Shown in pieces: positions 53,925-63,402 of a stretch of 64,000 nt of DNA. The position numbers and the translations under genes are program-made. Origin of the DNA: Acidimicrobiia bacterium (GTDB lineage Bacteria; Actinomycetota; Acidimicrobiia; IMCC26256; DASPTH01); contig JBBDHW010000027.1 in assembly GCA_040880805.1 (NCBI GenBank), positions 28,737 to 92,736 on the forward strand, read 5' to 3'. A model generated the notes under the pieces. The model was given only the letters and a program-made list of their open reading frames with translations. It was not told where the DNA came from and made no database searches. Every line of letters begins with the position of its first letter. The first letter of the stretch is position 1.

Positions 53925-54896
53925 ATGCCCGATGACGTCAACCCCGATGACGTCAACCCCGATGACGTCAACCCCGATGACGTCAACCCCGATGACGTCA
54001 ACCTGGTCGTGGCAGCGGACAGCTCGTACGTCAAGCAACTTGCCGTGACCATCAGCGGAATCTCTGCGACGGCCGGCGGCCGGCGTCATGTCGTCCACCT
54101 GCTTCACGACGCCGCGGAGCGCCGGCACCTCGATCCGGTGGCTGCCTGCGCGTCCGACGAAGTCGAGCTCAGTTGGATCGACGTCCGCGCGACCGCGCGA
54201 CGGGACTCGATACCCGCTGCCCTGGCCTATCCGAGCTTCTATCGCCTGCACGCGGAGCGGCTGCTGCCCGAGACTCTCGACAGGATCCTCTACCTCGATA
54301 TCGATGTGATCATTCGCAGGCCGCTCGCCGAACTGTGGGAGCTCGACCTCGGTTCGGCGATGGTCGGCGCGGTGCGCGACGCGTATCGCCACTCGATGGT
54401 GCGAGCGCTTCCATGGCGTGAGCTGGGACTGGAGCCCAGCCTGCCGTACTTCAACTCGGGGGTGTTGTGCATCCCCCTGGATCGCTGGCGCGTCGAGGGG
54501 ATCGGAGCGCAAGCGGAGGACCTCGTCGTGCGCGGGGTTGTGGGTCCCAGCGACCAGGATGCGCTGAACATCGTGCTTGCCGGTCGCGCCCAACCGATCG
54601 ATCCCCGCTGGAACGTGCAGACTCATCATCTCGTCGGTGACACGTGCCCGGCGTGGGAGACCGAGCCGAGGGAACTTCTCGAGGCTGCGTTGGCCGACCC
54701 CGCGATCGTGCACTTCTGCGGAGGGACGTTCAACCGTCCGTGGGTCGAGCCATCGCGCAACCCCTACCGGCAAGAATGGTTCGAATGGCTGGATCGCACG
54801 CCGTGGGCGGGGTGGCGTCCCCGGCGGGAGTCCGCGATGCGCAGGGCGCTGCGCCGCGCCGGCCGCGCGGGCCGTGTGCTCACCAGAGGTGGTTGA
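53925..54896 (+). CDS. Family 8 glycosyltransferase with an N-terminal (DDVNP)x5 repeat
   Basis: 'YLDIDVIIRRPLAELW' (DxD), 'YFNSGVLCIPLDRWR', 'DQDALNIVL'. ATG 53925 (or GTG 53922). Confidence 0.8.
   Translation: MPDDVNPDDVNPDDVNPDDVNPDDVNLVVAADSSYVKQLAVTISGISATAGGRRHVVHLLHDAAERRHLDPVAACASDEVELSWIDVRATARRDSIPAALAYPSFYRLHAERLLPETLDRILYLDIDVIIRRPLAELWELDLGSAMVGAVRDAYRHSMVRALPWRELGLEPSLPYFNSGVLCIPLDRWRVEGIGAQAEDLVVRGVVGPSDQDALNIVLAGRAQPIDPRWNVQTHHLVGDTCPAWETEPRELLEAALADPAIVHFCGGTFNRPWVEPSRNPYRQEWFEWLDRTPWAGWRPRRESAMRRALRRAGRAGRVLTRGG
53931..54003. repeat. Perfect 15-bp tandem repeat (GATGACGTCAACCCC) x about 5
   Basis: Read directly. Each unit contains the 8-bp palindrome TGACGTCA. It is in frame and encodes DDVNP x5 at codons 3-27 of the GT8 gene. 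Confidence 0.95.
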
Positions 54897-54932
54897 GCGG
54901 GAGATCTGACCGGCCGCTCGTAGCATGCCCGC

Positions 54933-56090
54933 GTGGCGAATTACGCGTTCGCGCTCTCGCAGCACCCCGTTGCCGCGCACGCCGTCGGCGAGGCCGCGGG
55001 GCAGATCCTCGAAGCGTTTGCGGGCGAGGAGCCCGACCTCGTCGTGTGCTTCGTGTCCCCGCACTTCGTCGGCGCGTTCGACGACGTCGCGTTCGCGCTC
55101 GGCAACCTGCTCCGACCCGGAATTCTGATCGGCACGACCGCGGTCGCGATCATCGGGGGCGCGCACGAGATCGAGGACGGCCCGGCCGTGTCCTTGTTCG
55201 CGGCGCGATTACCCGGCGCGCGGCTGACGCCGCTGTCGCTCACGGTCGAGGCCACCCCTGACGGTCACGCGATCGCGGGCTGGCCCGACCTCGACCACGA
55301 CCCGGCCACGATGTTGCTGCTCACCGACCCGTTCAGCTTCCCCACCGACGGCTTCTTGCGCCAGCTCGGCGTGGCGCGCCCCGGGCTCCAGGCGATCGGC
55401 GGCGCGGCTTCGGCCGCGCACGGGCCCGGCGGGAACCGTCTGTTGCTCGACGGGCGCGTCCACGCGTCGGGCGCGGTCGGCGTGCTGATCGACGGTGTCG
55501 ACGTCCGCACCGTGGTATCGCAGGGATGCCGACCGCTCGGCCGTCCGTATGTGGTGACGCGCGCGGAACGCAACCGCGTCGAGGAGCTTGCAGGGAAATC
55601 CGCGCTCGCGCGGCTGCAGGACTGCGCGACCGCGGCGAGCGACGAAGATCGCGAGCTCATCCGGAACGGTCTGCACGTCGGGCTCGTCGTCGACGAGCAC
55701 AAGGCAGAGTTCGAACGCGGTGACTTCCTCGTGCGCAACGTGGTCGGTGCCGACCCCGAGTCGGGCGCGCTCGCGGTCGGTGACGAGGTGAGCGTGGGTC
55801 AAACCGTGCAGTTCCACGTGCGCGACGCCGCCGCGGCCCACGAGGACCTCCACGCGTTGCTCGCGGGCCACGATGCCGCCGAACACGATGCGAAGGGCGC
55901 ATTGCTGTTCACGTGCAACGGGCGCGGGCGCAGTTTCTTCGGCGCACCCGATCACGACGCCGGCATGGTCGACGCGCTGCTCGGGCCACTCCCGCTCGCC
56001 GGCGCACTCTGCGCCGGTGAGATCGGCCCGGTCGGCGGTCGGAACTTCGTGCACGGGTTCACCGCCAGCCTCGCCCTGTTCAGCGGCTGA
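54933..56090 (+). CDS. FIST-domain (N and C) sensory protein
   Basis: 385 aa. C-terminal 'ALCAGEIGPVGGRNFVHGFTASLALF' and overall pattern recalled from FIST_C proteins. Confidence 0.6.
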   Translation: MANYAFALSQHPVAAHAVGEAAGQILEAFAGEEPDLVVCFVSPHFVGAFDDVAFALGNLLRPGILIGTTAVAIIGGAHEIEDGPAVSLFAARLPGARLTPLSLTVEATPDGHAIAGWPDLDHDPATMLLLTDPFSFPTDGFLRQLGVARPGLQAIGGAASAAHGPGGNRLLLDGRVHASGAVGVLIDGVDVRTVVSQGCRPLGRPYVVTRAERNRVEELAGKSALARLQDCATAASDEDRELIRNGLHVGLVVDEHKAEFERGDFLVRNVVGADPESGALAVGDEVSVGQTVQFHVRDAAAAHEDLHALLAGHDAAEHDAKGALLFTCNGRGRSFFGAPDHDAGMVDALLGPLPLAGALCAGEIGPVGGRNFVHGFTASLALFSG

Positions 56091-56177
56091 TCACGGCCAG
56101 TCGCGATCCCAGGTAGTAGCCGCGCGCGCGCGGTCGCGTCGTAGTCTGGCTGCGACATCACGGGCGAAGGGGAAACG

Positions 56178-58178
56178 ATGGCGGCAACCAGTACCGAATT
56201 GGGGGTCGAACAGCTCGGTATCAACGTGATCCGTGGCCTCGCCATGGACGCGGTGGAGAGGGCGGGCAACGGGCATCCCGGTACGGCAATGGCGCTCGCG
56301 CCGCTCGCTCACGTCCTGTGGACCCGGATCATGCAGTACGACGCGTCGACCCCCGACTGGCCCGACCGCGACCGGTTCGTCCTGTCGAACGGACACGCGT
56401 CGATCATTCTCTACAACATGCTCTACCTCACCGGCTACGGGGTCGAGCTCGACGACCTCCGTTCGCTACGCCAATGGGGGTCGCGGACGCCTGGCCACCC
56501 CGAGTACCGCCACCTCCAGGGCGTCGAGGTGACCACCGGCCCGCTCGGCCAGGGCTTCGCCAACGGCGTCGGCATGGGCCTCGCCGAGGCGAACCTGCGC
56601 AGCCGCTTCGGCCCCGAGGTGATCGATCACCACACCTTCGTGGTGTGTGGCGACGGGTGCCTCGAAGAGGGCGTGAGTCACGAGGCCGCATCGCTCGCCG
56701 GGCACCTCGGCCTCGGTCGCCTCGTCTACGTCTACGACGACAACCACATCACCATCGACGGTCCCACCGAGCTCGCGTACAGCGACAACGTCCCGAAGCG
56801 ATTCGCCGGGTACGGGTGGCACGTGGTCGAGCTCGGAGAGGTCGCCAACGACGTGGACACGATCGAAGCGGGGATCCGCGCGGGCATGGCCGAGGCGGAA
56901 CGCCCGAGCATCGTGATCCTGCGCAGCCACATCGGCTGGCCGTCGCCGAAGTACACCGACACGGCCTTCGCGCACGGCAACGCGCTCGGAGCCGACGAAG
57001 TGGCGGCGGTCAAGGACATCCTCGGGCTGCCACAAGACGACTTCTACGCGCCTGACGACGTCGTGCGGTACTACCGCGAAGCCGGTGCCCGCGGGCGCGC
57101 CGCGCGCGCCGACTGGGAGCGTCGCCGCGCCGCGTTCCGCGAGCGTGAGCAGAGTCTCAGCGACGAGTTCGACGCATGCCTCGAGCAGCGCGGGCTCCCC
57201 GGTTGGGAGGCGAAGCTCCCCACCTGGGACGCGGGCGACGCGATCCCCACGCGCCGGGCGTCGGGCAAGATCCTCGAAGCGATCGTCGACGTCGTGCCCG
57301 GGCTCCTCGCGGGTGGCGCTGACTTGAGCGAGAACACCGGCACGCTGCTCGAGGGTGCCCCCGTCGTCTCCACGCACCAGTTCGGCGGGCGCCAACTGCA
57401 CTTCGGCGTCCGCGAGCACGGCATGGGCTCGGTGATGAACGGCATGTCGGTGAGCGGCACGATCCCGGCGGGCGGCACGTTCTTCATCTTCAGCGACTAC
57501 ATGCGCCCGGCTGTCCGGCTCGCCGCGCTGTCGCGGTACAAGACGGCGTTCGTGTGGACGCACGATTCGATCGGTGTCGGCGAGGACGGGCCCACGCACC
57601 AGCCGATCGAGCACCTCGCGTCGTTGCGGGCCATGCCCCAGCTCAACGTCATCCGCCCGGCCGACGCCAACGAGTGCGCGCAGGCGTGGCGGTTCCATAT
57701 CGACGGGCAACACCCCACCGCCATCGTGCTCGCTCGGCAGAGTGTGCCCGTGCTCGCGGGCACGGCGGAGCGCTCACCCGAAGGCCTCCCGAGGGGTGGC
57801 TACGTGCTCGTCGACGAATCCGCTGCGCTCGACATCATCCTCATCGGCACCGGGTCGGAAGTCTCGCTCTGCGTCGAAGCACGCGAGTTGCTCGCAGCCG
57901 ACGGGCACTCCGCGCGCGTCGTGTCGTTGCCGTGCTGGGAACTGTTCGACGCGCAAGACGCCACCTACCGCGACGCGGTGCTCCCACCCGGCGTGCCGAA
58001 GCTCGCGGTGGAAGCGGCGGCGAGCTTCGGGTGGGACCACTACGCCGACGACGTCGTCGCCATCGACCACTACGGCGCGTCGGCACCGGGTGGCACCGCC
58101 ATGAAGGAATTCGGCTTCACGCCGGAGAACGTCGCGGCGCGCGCACGCGCGCTGCTCCGAGCAGGAGGCTCTCGATGA
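56178..58178 (+). CDS. tkt: Transketolase
   Basis: 'GHPGTAMALAPLAHVLW', 'GPLGQGFANGVGMGLAE', 'GDGCLEEGVSHEAASLAGHLGLGRL', 666 aa. Confidence 0.95.
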   Translation: MAATSTELGVEQLGINVIRGLAMDAVERAGNGHPGTAMALAPLAHVLWTRIMQYDASTPDWPDRDRFVLSNGHASIILYNMLYLTGYGVELDDLRSLRQWGSRTPGHPEYRHLQGVEVTTGPLGQGFANGVGMGLAEANLRSRFGPEVIDHHTFVVCGDGCLEEGVSHEAASLAGHLGLGRLVYVYDDNHITIDGPTELAYSDNVPKRFAGYGWHVVELGEVANDVDTIEAGIRAGMAEAERPSIVILRSHIGWPSPKYTDTAFAHGNALGADEVAAVKDILGLPQDDFYAPDDVVRYYREAGARGRAARADWERRRAAFREREQSLSDEFDACLEQRGLPGWEAKLPTWDAGDAIPTRRASGKILEAIVDVVPGLLAGGADLSENTGTLLEGAPVVSTHQFGGRQLHFGVREHGMGSVMNGMSVSGTIPAGGTFFIFSDYMRPAVRLAALSRYKTAFVWTHDSIGVGEDGPTHQPIEHLASLRAMPQLNVIRPADANECAQAWRFHIDGQHPTAIVLARQSVPVLAGTAERSPEGLPRGGYVLVDESAALDIILIGTGSEVSLCVEARELLAADGHSARVVSLPCWELFDAQDATYRDAVLPPGVPKLAVEAAASFGWDHYADDVVAIDHYGASAPGGTAMKEFGFTPENVAARARALLRAGGSR

Positions 58179-59272
58179 CGAGCGCGATTGCACGCCTGAA
58201 CGACTTCGGCCAGAGCCCCTGGTACGACAACCTGGCGCGTCCATTGCTCACCGGTGGTGGGCTCGCCCGGCTGCTGCAGGAGGACGGCATCCGCGGCGTC
58301 ACCTCGAACCCCACGATCCTCGACAAGGCGATCGACGCGGGTGAGGGATACGACGAGCAGCTCGTGCAGTGCGCGAACGACGGCCTGTCGATCGAAGACA
58401 CGTACTGGGCCGTGGTGCTCCACGACATCGTCGCCGCGACCAAGATCCTCGAGCCCGTGCACGACGCGTCTGGTGGCGGCGACGGCTTCGTGTCGGTCGA
58501 AGTGTCGCCCGAGCTCGCGCGCGACACCTTGGGCACGGTCGAGATGGCGCGTTCGTTGTTCGAGCGGGTCAACCGTCCGAACGTGATGATCAAGATCCCG
58601 GGCACGATCGAGGGGGTTCCGGCCATCGAGGAGTCGATCGCTTCGGGCATGAACGTGAACGTCACCCTCATCTTTTCTCTCGCCCGTCACGAGCTCGTGA
58701 TAGAGGCTTACGTCAAGGGCCTCGAGCGCCTCGCCGAGAGCGGTGGCGACCTCTCGAAGGTCTCGTCCGTAGCGTCGTTCTTCGTGAGCCGGGTCGACAC
58801 CGAGACCGACCGTCGGCTGCCCGAGGGCCACGAGCTGCACGGCAAGGCCGCGGTTGCCAACGCCAAGCTCGCCTACCAGCTCTTCCGGGAGCGGTTCTCG
58901 GGGCCGCGGTGGGAGGCGCTCGCATCGAAGGGCGCGCGGCTACAGCGCCCGCTCTGGGCGTCGACGTCCACGAAGAACCCTGCGTACTCGCCCACGCTGT
59001 ACGTCGACGAGCTGATCGGACCGAACACGGTGAACACGCTGGCACCCGCTTCCATCGAGGTGCTGCAGAAGGGCGAGGGCAACCAGCGCCCGAACACCGT
59101 CAGCGAGCGGATCGAGGTGGCGCTGCAGGTGATCCGCGATCTGGGCCCGGCGGGGGTCGACTTCGACGACGTCACCGACACGCTCGAACGCGAAGGGCTC
59201 GACTCGTTTGCCGATTCGTTCCACGACGCGTTCAACACGATCGAGAAGCGCCGCGCCGAAGTGACCTCCTAA
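58175..59272 (+). CDS. tal: Transaldolase (long actinobacterial type)
   Basis: ATG 58175 overlaps the tkt stop (ATGA). 'GQSPWYDNL...GVTSNPTIL...FVSVEVSP...MIKIPGT'. Confidence 0.95.
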   Translation: MTSAIARLNDFGQSPWYDNLARPLLTGGGLARLLQEDGIRGVTSNPTILDKAIDAGEGYDEQLVQCANDGLSIEDTYWAVVLHDIVAATKILEPVHDASGGGDGFVSVEVSPELARDTLGTVEMARSLFERVNRPNVMIKIPGTIEGVPAIEESIASGMNVNVTLIFSLARHELVIEAYVKGLERLAESGGDLSKVSSVASFFVSRVDTETDRRLPEGHELHGKAAVANAKLAYQLFRERFSGPRWEALASKGARLQRPLWASTSTKNPAYSPTLYVDELIGPNTVNTLAPASIEVLQKGEGNQRPNTVSERIEVALQVIRDLGPAGVDFDDVTDTLEREGLDSFADSFHDAFNTIEKRRAEVTS

Positions 59273-60342
59273 GCGCGCGAGAGCGCGGCGGCAGCGCGGA
59301 GGTGGTCGGTGAGCTCGTCGAGCGGGACGCGCGCGTTGAGCCCACTCGTGTTCGGCATCACGTAAGCGGGGACGGCGCCGAAGCCGTCGGGCTGCACGCC
59401 CGCCTGCGCCTTTCGATCGACCGCGGCGCGCCAGCCGGCGAGGCCGACGAAACACACCGCGCCCGGTTGGAGCCAGCGGACCAGCCGCTCGACGCGTGCG
59501 GCGCCGTCGCGGTACTCGTCGCGGGTGAGCTCGCTGGCGCCCACGCTGGCACGCTTCACGAGATCGGTCATTCCCGTTCCGTGGTGCGCGAGCGCGTGAC
59601 GGGCGTCGCGATCGCGCGACGCGATCCCCGCCGCGAGCGCGGCAGGCCAGAAACGGTTGCCGGGGCGTGCGAAGCCCACGCCGGCGTCCGCCGCGTTCAG
59701 GCTGGGGTTCAGCCCGCAGACGAGGAGACGCATCCCGGGCCCGATGACATCGGGCAGGGTTCGCTCGCGCTGCACGAGCGCGTGGATCCATCCGTTGCGC
59801 GTCCCGTCGTCGAGCACGAGATCGACGATCCTCAACCCGGCGCCGTAGAGCACCTCGGCGAGCTCGTCGGGTTGCCAACGCGCGAAGAACCGCCCCGCGA
59901 AGTCGTCGTCCTCGAATGGCCCCTCCCCGTCACCGTGCATCATCGTGAGGTGTGCGGGCGCGCCCACCGCGAGCGCGTGGTGCAGCTCCATCAGCGCCCA
60001 GGGGAGGCGGACGCGCGCGATGTGGAGATAGCTCGCCCGCGCCCACGCGCCGCCCAACGCGCCGCGACGGAACGGCAGCGCCTCGAGGTCTCCTTGGAGG
60101 ACGGCCCCGTCGGGCGCGGCTTCACGTGCGAGCTCGGCCATCGCGTACGCCGCATCGAGCGCGACCGCGGGCCGCGGGAGGTAGGGCAGGTGGAGGCCGG
60201 CGCCGCACCCCAGGTCGGCGACGACCGCGCCGGGCTCGACCGCGGCGCTCAGGAGCGCGGCACGATCGAGGAACCGCGCGGCGCGGTGGTCGCGCCACTC
60301 TCCCGCGCGCGCCTCGTACACCGCCACGGTGTCGTGATCCAT
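59269..60342 (-). CDS. Fusion protein: class I SAM methyltransferase (N-terminal) plus Mug/TDG-type mismatch uracil-DNA glycosylase (C-terminal)
   Basis: N-terminal 'VVADLGCGAGLHLPYL' (motif I). C-terminal 'LLVCGLNPSLNAADAGVGFARPGNRFWPAL...MPNTSGLNA' (family-2 UDG motifs). Confidence 0.7.
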   Translation of the reverse strand: MDHDTVAVYEARAGEWRDHRAARFLDRAALLSAAVEPGAVVADLGCGAGLHLPYLPRPAVALDAAYAMAELAREAAPDGAVLQGDLEALPFRRGALGGAWARASYLHIARVRLPWALMELHHALAVGAPAHLTMMHGDGEGPFEDDDFAGRFFARWQPDELAEVLYGAGLRIVDLVLDDGTRNGWIHALVQRERTLPDVIGPGMRLLVCGLNPSLNAADAGVGFARPGNRFWPAALAAGIASRDRDARHALAHHGTGMTDLVKRASVGASELTRDEYRDGAARVERLVRWLQPGAVCFVGLAGWRAAVDRKAQAGVQPDGFGAVPAYVMPNTSGLNARVPLDELTDHLRAAAALSRA

Positions 60343-60370
60343 CGCCGTAGTATCGCCGCGTGGTCAGGCA

Positions 60371-61015
60371 GTGAACGGCGAGATCAGGGTCGTCGAACAC
60401 GTGCCGCAGGGGTTCTCGGCGCTCGTGGCCGAGGAGGCGCCCCGCTCGATCGCGCTCTCGGGGGGCGACACCGCCCGTGCCTGTTACGAGCTGCTCGCGG
60501 TGGCCGACGTCGAGTGGGGTGGCGTGACGGTGCTGTTCGGCGACGAGCGGTGGGTTCCCGTCGACGACCCCGACTCCAACGAGGGCATGGCGAGGCATGC
60601 GTTCCTCGACCGGGTCGAGCCCTACGCGGTCCGCTCCATGCGCCACGCGGCCGACACTTGGGAGGGGGCCGCGTCGGCCTACGACGCCCTCCTGCGCGAG
60701 CTCGGACCCGTCGGCTTCGTGCACCTCGGCCTCGGGCCCGACGGCCATACCGCGTCGTTGTTCCCGGGGTCGCCTGCGCTCGATGAGAACGAGCGCCTCG
60801 TGGTGACCAACCCGGCGGACGCGACGCACCCCCACGACCGCCTCACGTTCACCTTCCCGGCCATCGCGCAGGCCGAGCTCGCGGTGTTCACCGTGGACGG
60901 TGCCGAGAAGCGCGACGCATTCGCCCGCGTTCGAGCGGGCAACGCCCTCCCTGCCACGCGGGTCACCGCACAACGAGTGATCTGGCTGGTCGACGCCGCA
61001 GCCATGGGGTCCTGA
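60371..61015 (+). CDS. pgl: 6-phosphogluconolactonase
   Basis: 'ALSGGDTARACYELLA...VLFGDERWVPVDDPDSN...LGLGPDGHTASLFPG'. Confidence 0.9.
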   Translation: MNGEIRVVEHVPQGFSALVAEEAPRSIALSGGDTARACYELLAVADVEWGGVTVLFGDERWVPVDDPDSNEGMARHAFLDRVEPYAVRSMRHAADTWEGAASAYDALLRELGPVGFVHLGLGPDGHTASLFPGSPALDENERLVVTNPADATHPHDRLTFTFPAIAQAELAVFTVDGAEKRDAFARVRAGNALPATRVTAQRVIWLVDAAAMGS

Positions 61016-61035
61016 CGCGCTCTAGGCTGCGCACG

Positions 61036-63402
61036 ATGTCGGGCACAGTGGATCCTGCTGCACTCGTCGACGCGCCACTGCGTGACCTCATGGCCGAGGC
61101 GGCGCGACGGCGCGACACGGTTCACGGCGCCCGGGTGACCTTCTCGCCGAAGGTGTTCATCCCGCTGACGATGCTCTGCCGTGATCGTTGCGGCTACTGC
61201 ACCTTCGCCAAGCCACCGGCGCACCTCCAGAGCCCGTATCTGCCGCTCGACGAGGTGCTCGAGATCGCCCGTCAGGGCGTGGCGCTCGGGTGCCATGAAG
61301 CGCTCTTCACGCTGGGCGAGGCGCCGGAGGATCGCTACCCCGTCGCCACGGAGTGGCTCGCCGCGCATGGCTACCCGTCCACGGTCGACTACCTGGTCGC
61401 AGCCTGTGCGGCGGTGCTGGAGGAGACCGGCCTCCTCCCCCATGCGAACGCCGGCGCGCTGTCGCAGCCGGAGCTCGAACGGCTCCGCGCGGTCTCGCCG
61501 TCGCAGGGAATGATGATCGAGACGCTCGCGGCCCGGCTCTCGGAGCCCGGCGGCCCGCACGCGGGCGCGCCCGACAAGACACCCGAACGCCGGCTCGCCA
61601 CCCTCGAGGCCGCGGGCCGCGCCGCGATCCCGTTCACCACCGGCATCCTCGTGGGGATCGGCGAGACGCGCGCCGAGCGGCTCGACGCGCTGGTCGCCAT
61701 CCGCGACGCGCACGCGCGCTACGGCCACGTGCAGGAAGTGATCATCCAGAACTTCCTGCCCAAGCCGGGTACGGCGATGTGGCGACACGACGCGTGTGAT
61801 CGCGACGAGTTCCTCTGGACGATCGCAGCCGCACGGTTGGTGCTCGGATCGCAGGTGCACCTCCAGGCGCCGCCGAACCTCTCCCAACCCGACGAGCTCG
61901 GCGCGCTGATCGCGGCCGGAATCGACGACTGGGGCGGCGTGTCGCCCGTCACGCCCGACCACGTGAACCCGGAGCGGCCGTGGCCCGCGCTCGACGCTTT
62001 GCGCGACGCCACCGAGGCCGCGGGCAAGACGCTGGCGCCGCGGCTTACCGTCTACTCCGAGTACGTGCGCGACGCCGAGCGCTGGCTCGACCCCGGTGTG
62101 CGCTTCGCCGTGCTCTGCGCGTCGGACTCCGAAGGTCTCGCGCGCGACGACAGCTGGGCCGCCGGCGGCGATATGGCACCGCCCTCACTGATTCCCGCGC
62201 TTGCACCGCCTGCGCGCGCCGGCACTCCGGTCGGGGAGGTGTTGCACGGTGTGCTCGCGGGTGAAGAGGTCGGCGTGCACGAGATCGTCACACTGCTCGA
62301 AGCGCGCGGGTCCGAGTTCCATCGGGTCGCGGAGGTCGCCGACCAACTCCGCCGCGACATCGTGGGCGACGTCGTCACCTTCGTGCGGACGCGCAACATC
62401 AACTACACGAACATCTGCACGTACAAGTGCCGCTTCTGCGCGTTCTCGAAGGGTCCGCTCTCGCTCAACCTGCGCGGCGACCCCTACCTGCTCGATCTCG
62501 AGGAGATCCAGCGCCGCGTCGTCGAAGCGGTCGAGTGCGGCGCCACCGAGGTGTGCCTCCAGGGTGGCATCCATCCCAGCTTCGACGGCGACTATTACCT
62601 GTCGGTGGCGCGCGCGGTAAAAGAGGCCGCGCCCACGATTCACGTGCACGGGTTCACCGCGCTCGAGGTCACCGAGGGTGCGCGCCGGCTCGGGATGCCG
62701 TTACGCGGCTACCTCGTGCTCGCGAAAGAAGCGGGGCTCGCGTCGTTGCCCGGCACCGCGGCCGAGATCCTCGACGACGAAGTGCGCGCCGTCATCTGTC
62801 CCGACAAGGTCAACACCGAAGAGTGGCTCGAGGCGCACCGCCTCGCGCACTCGGTTGGCCTCCGCTCGAACATCACGATCATGGCCGGCCACGTCGAACG
62901 TCCGATCCATGTCGCGCGCCACCTCGTCCGCACGCGCGACCTCCAGAAGGAGACCGGCGGGTTCACGGAGTTCGTGCCGCTCCCCTTCGTGCACATGGCC
63001 ACCCCGATCTACCTGCAACAGAAGTCGCGCCGGGGGCCCACGATGCGCGAGGTGCTCCTCGTGCACGCGGTCGGCCGGATCGCGTACCGCGGCTGGGTCG
63101 ACAACATCCAGGTGTCGTGGCCGAAGTGCGGCATGAAGGGCGCGCGAGAGGCGCTCCGCGCCGGCTGCAACGACCTCGGCGGCACCCTGATGGACGAGAA
63201 CATCTCGCGGGCGGCGGGTGCCGAGCACGGCCAGGAGCTCGACGACAGCGACTTCCACGCCATCGTCGCACCGCTCGGCCGTCCGCTCGAGCAGCGCACG
63301 ACGCTCTACGGGCGGGTCACCACGGTCGGCCGGCGGCTCCGGCCGCGCGAAGACCATGGCGTCCCCGTCAGCATCGGGGGCGTGCCGCGCCCCGTCGCGT
63401 GA
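61036..63402 (+). CDS. fbiC: FO synthase (CofG+CofH fusion) for F420 biosynthesis
   Basis: 788 aa with two radical-SAM cluster motifs, 'CRDRCGYCTF' and 'CTYKCRFCAF'. Confidence 0.9.
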   Translation: MSGTVDPAALVDAPLRDLMAEAARRRDTVHGARVTFSPKVFIPLTMLCRDRCGYCTFAKPPAHLQSPYLPLDEVLEIARQGVALGCHEALFTLGEAPEDRYPVATEWLAAHGYPSTVDYLVAACAAVLEETGLLPHANAGALSQPELERLRAVSPSQGMMIETLAARLSEPGGPHAGAPDKTPERRLATLEAAGRAAIPFTTGILVGIGETRAERLDALVAIRDAHARYGHVQEVIIQNFLPKPGTAMWRHDACDRDEFLWTIAAARLVLGSQVHLQAPPNLSQPDELGALIAAGIDDWGGVSPVTPDHVNPERPWPALDALRDATEAAGKTLAPRLTVYSEYVRDAERWLDPGVRFAVLCASDSEGLARDDSWAAGGDMAPPSLIPALAPPARAGTPVGEVLHGVLAGEEVGVHEIVTLLEARGSEFHRVAEVADQLRRDIVGDVVTFVRTRNINYTNICTYKCRFCAFSKGPLSLNLRGDPYLLDLEEIQRRVVEAVECGATEVCLQGGIHPSFDGDYYLSVARAVKEAAPTIHVHGFTALEVTEGARRLGMPLRGYLVLAKEAGLASLPGTAAEILDDEVRAVICPDKVNTEEWLEAHRLAHSVGLRSNITIMAGHVERPIHVARHLVRTRDLQKETGGFTEFVPLPFVHMATPIYLQQKSRRGPTMREVLLVHAVGRIAYRGWVDNIQVSWPKCGMKGAREALRAGCNDLGGTLMDENISRAAGAEHGQELDDSDFHAIVAPLGRPLEQRTTLYGRVTTVGRRLRPREDHGVPVSIGGVPRPVA

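Noticed and set aside
53931-54003. Possible CRISPR array, because of regularly spaced perfect repeats. The arrays at 811, 29878 and 49076 were considered for the same reason.
   Set aside because: The units are contiguous with no spacers, are only 12-15 bp long, and no cas genes are nearby. They are simple tandem repeats.
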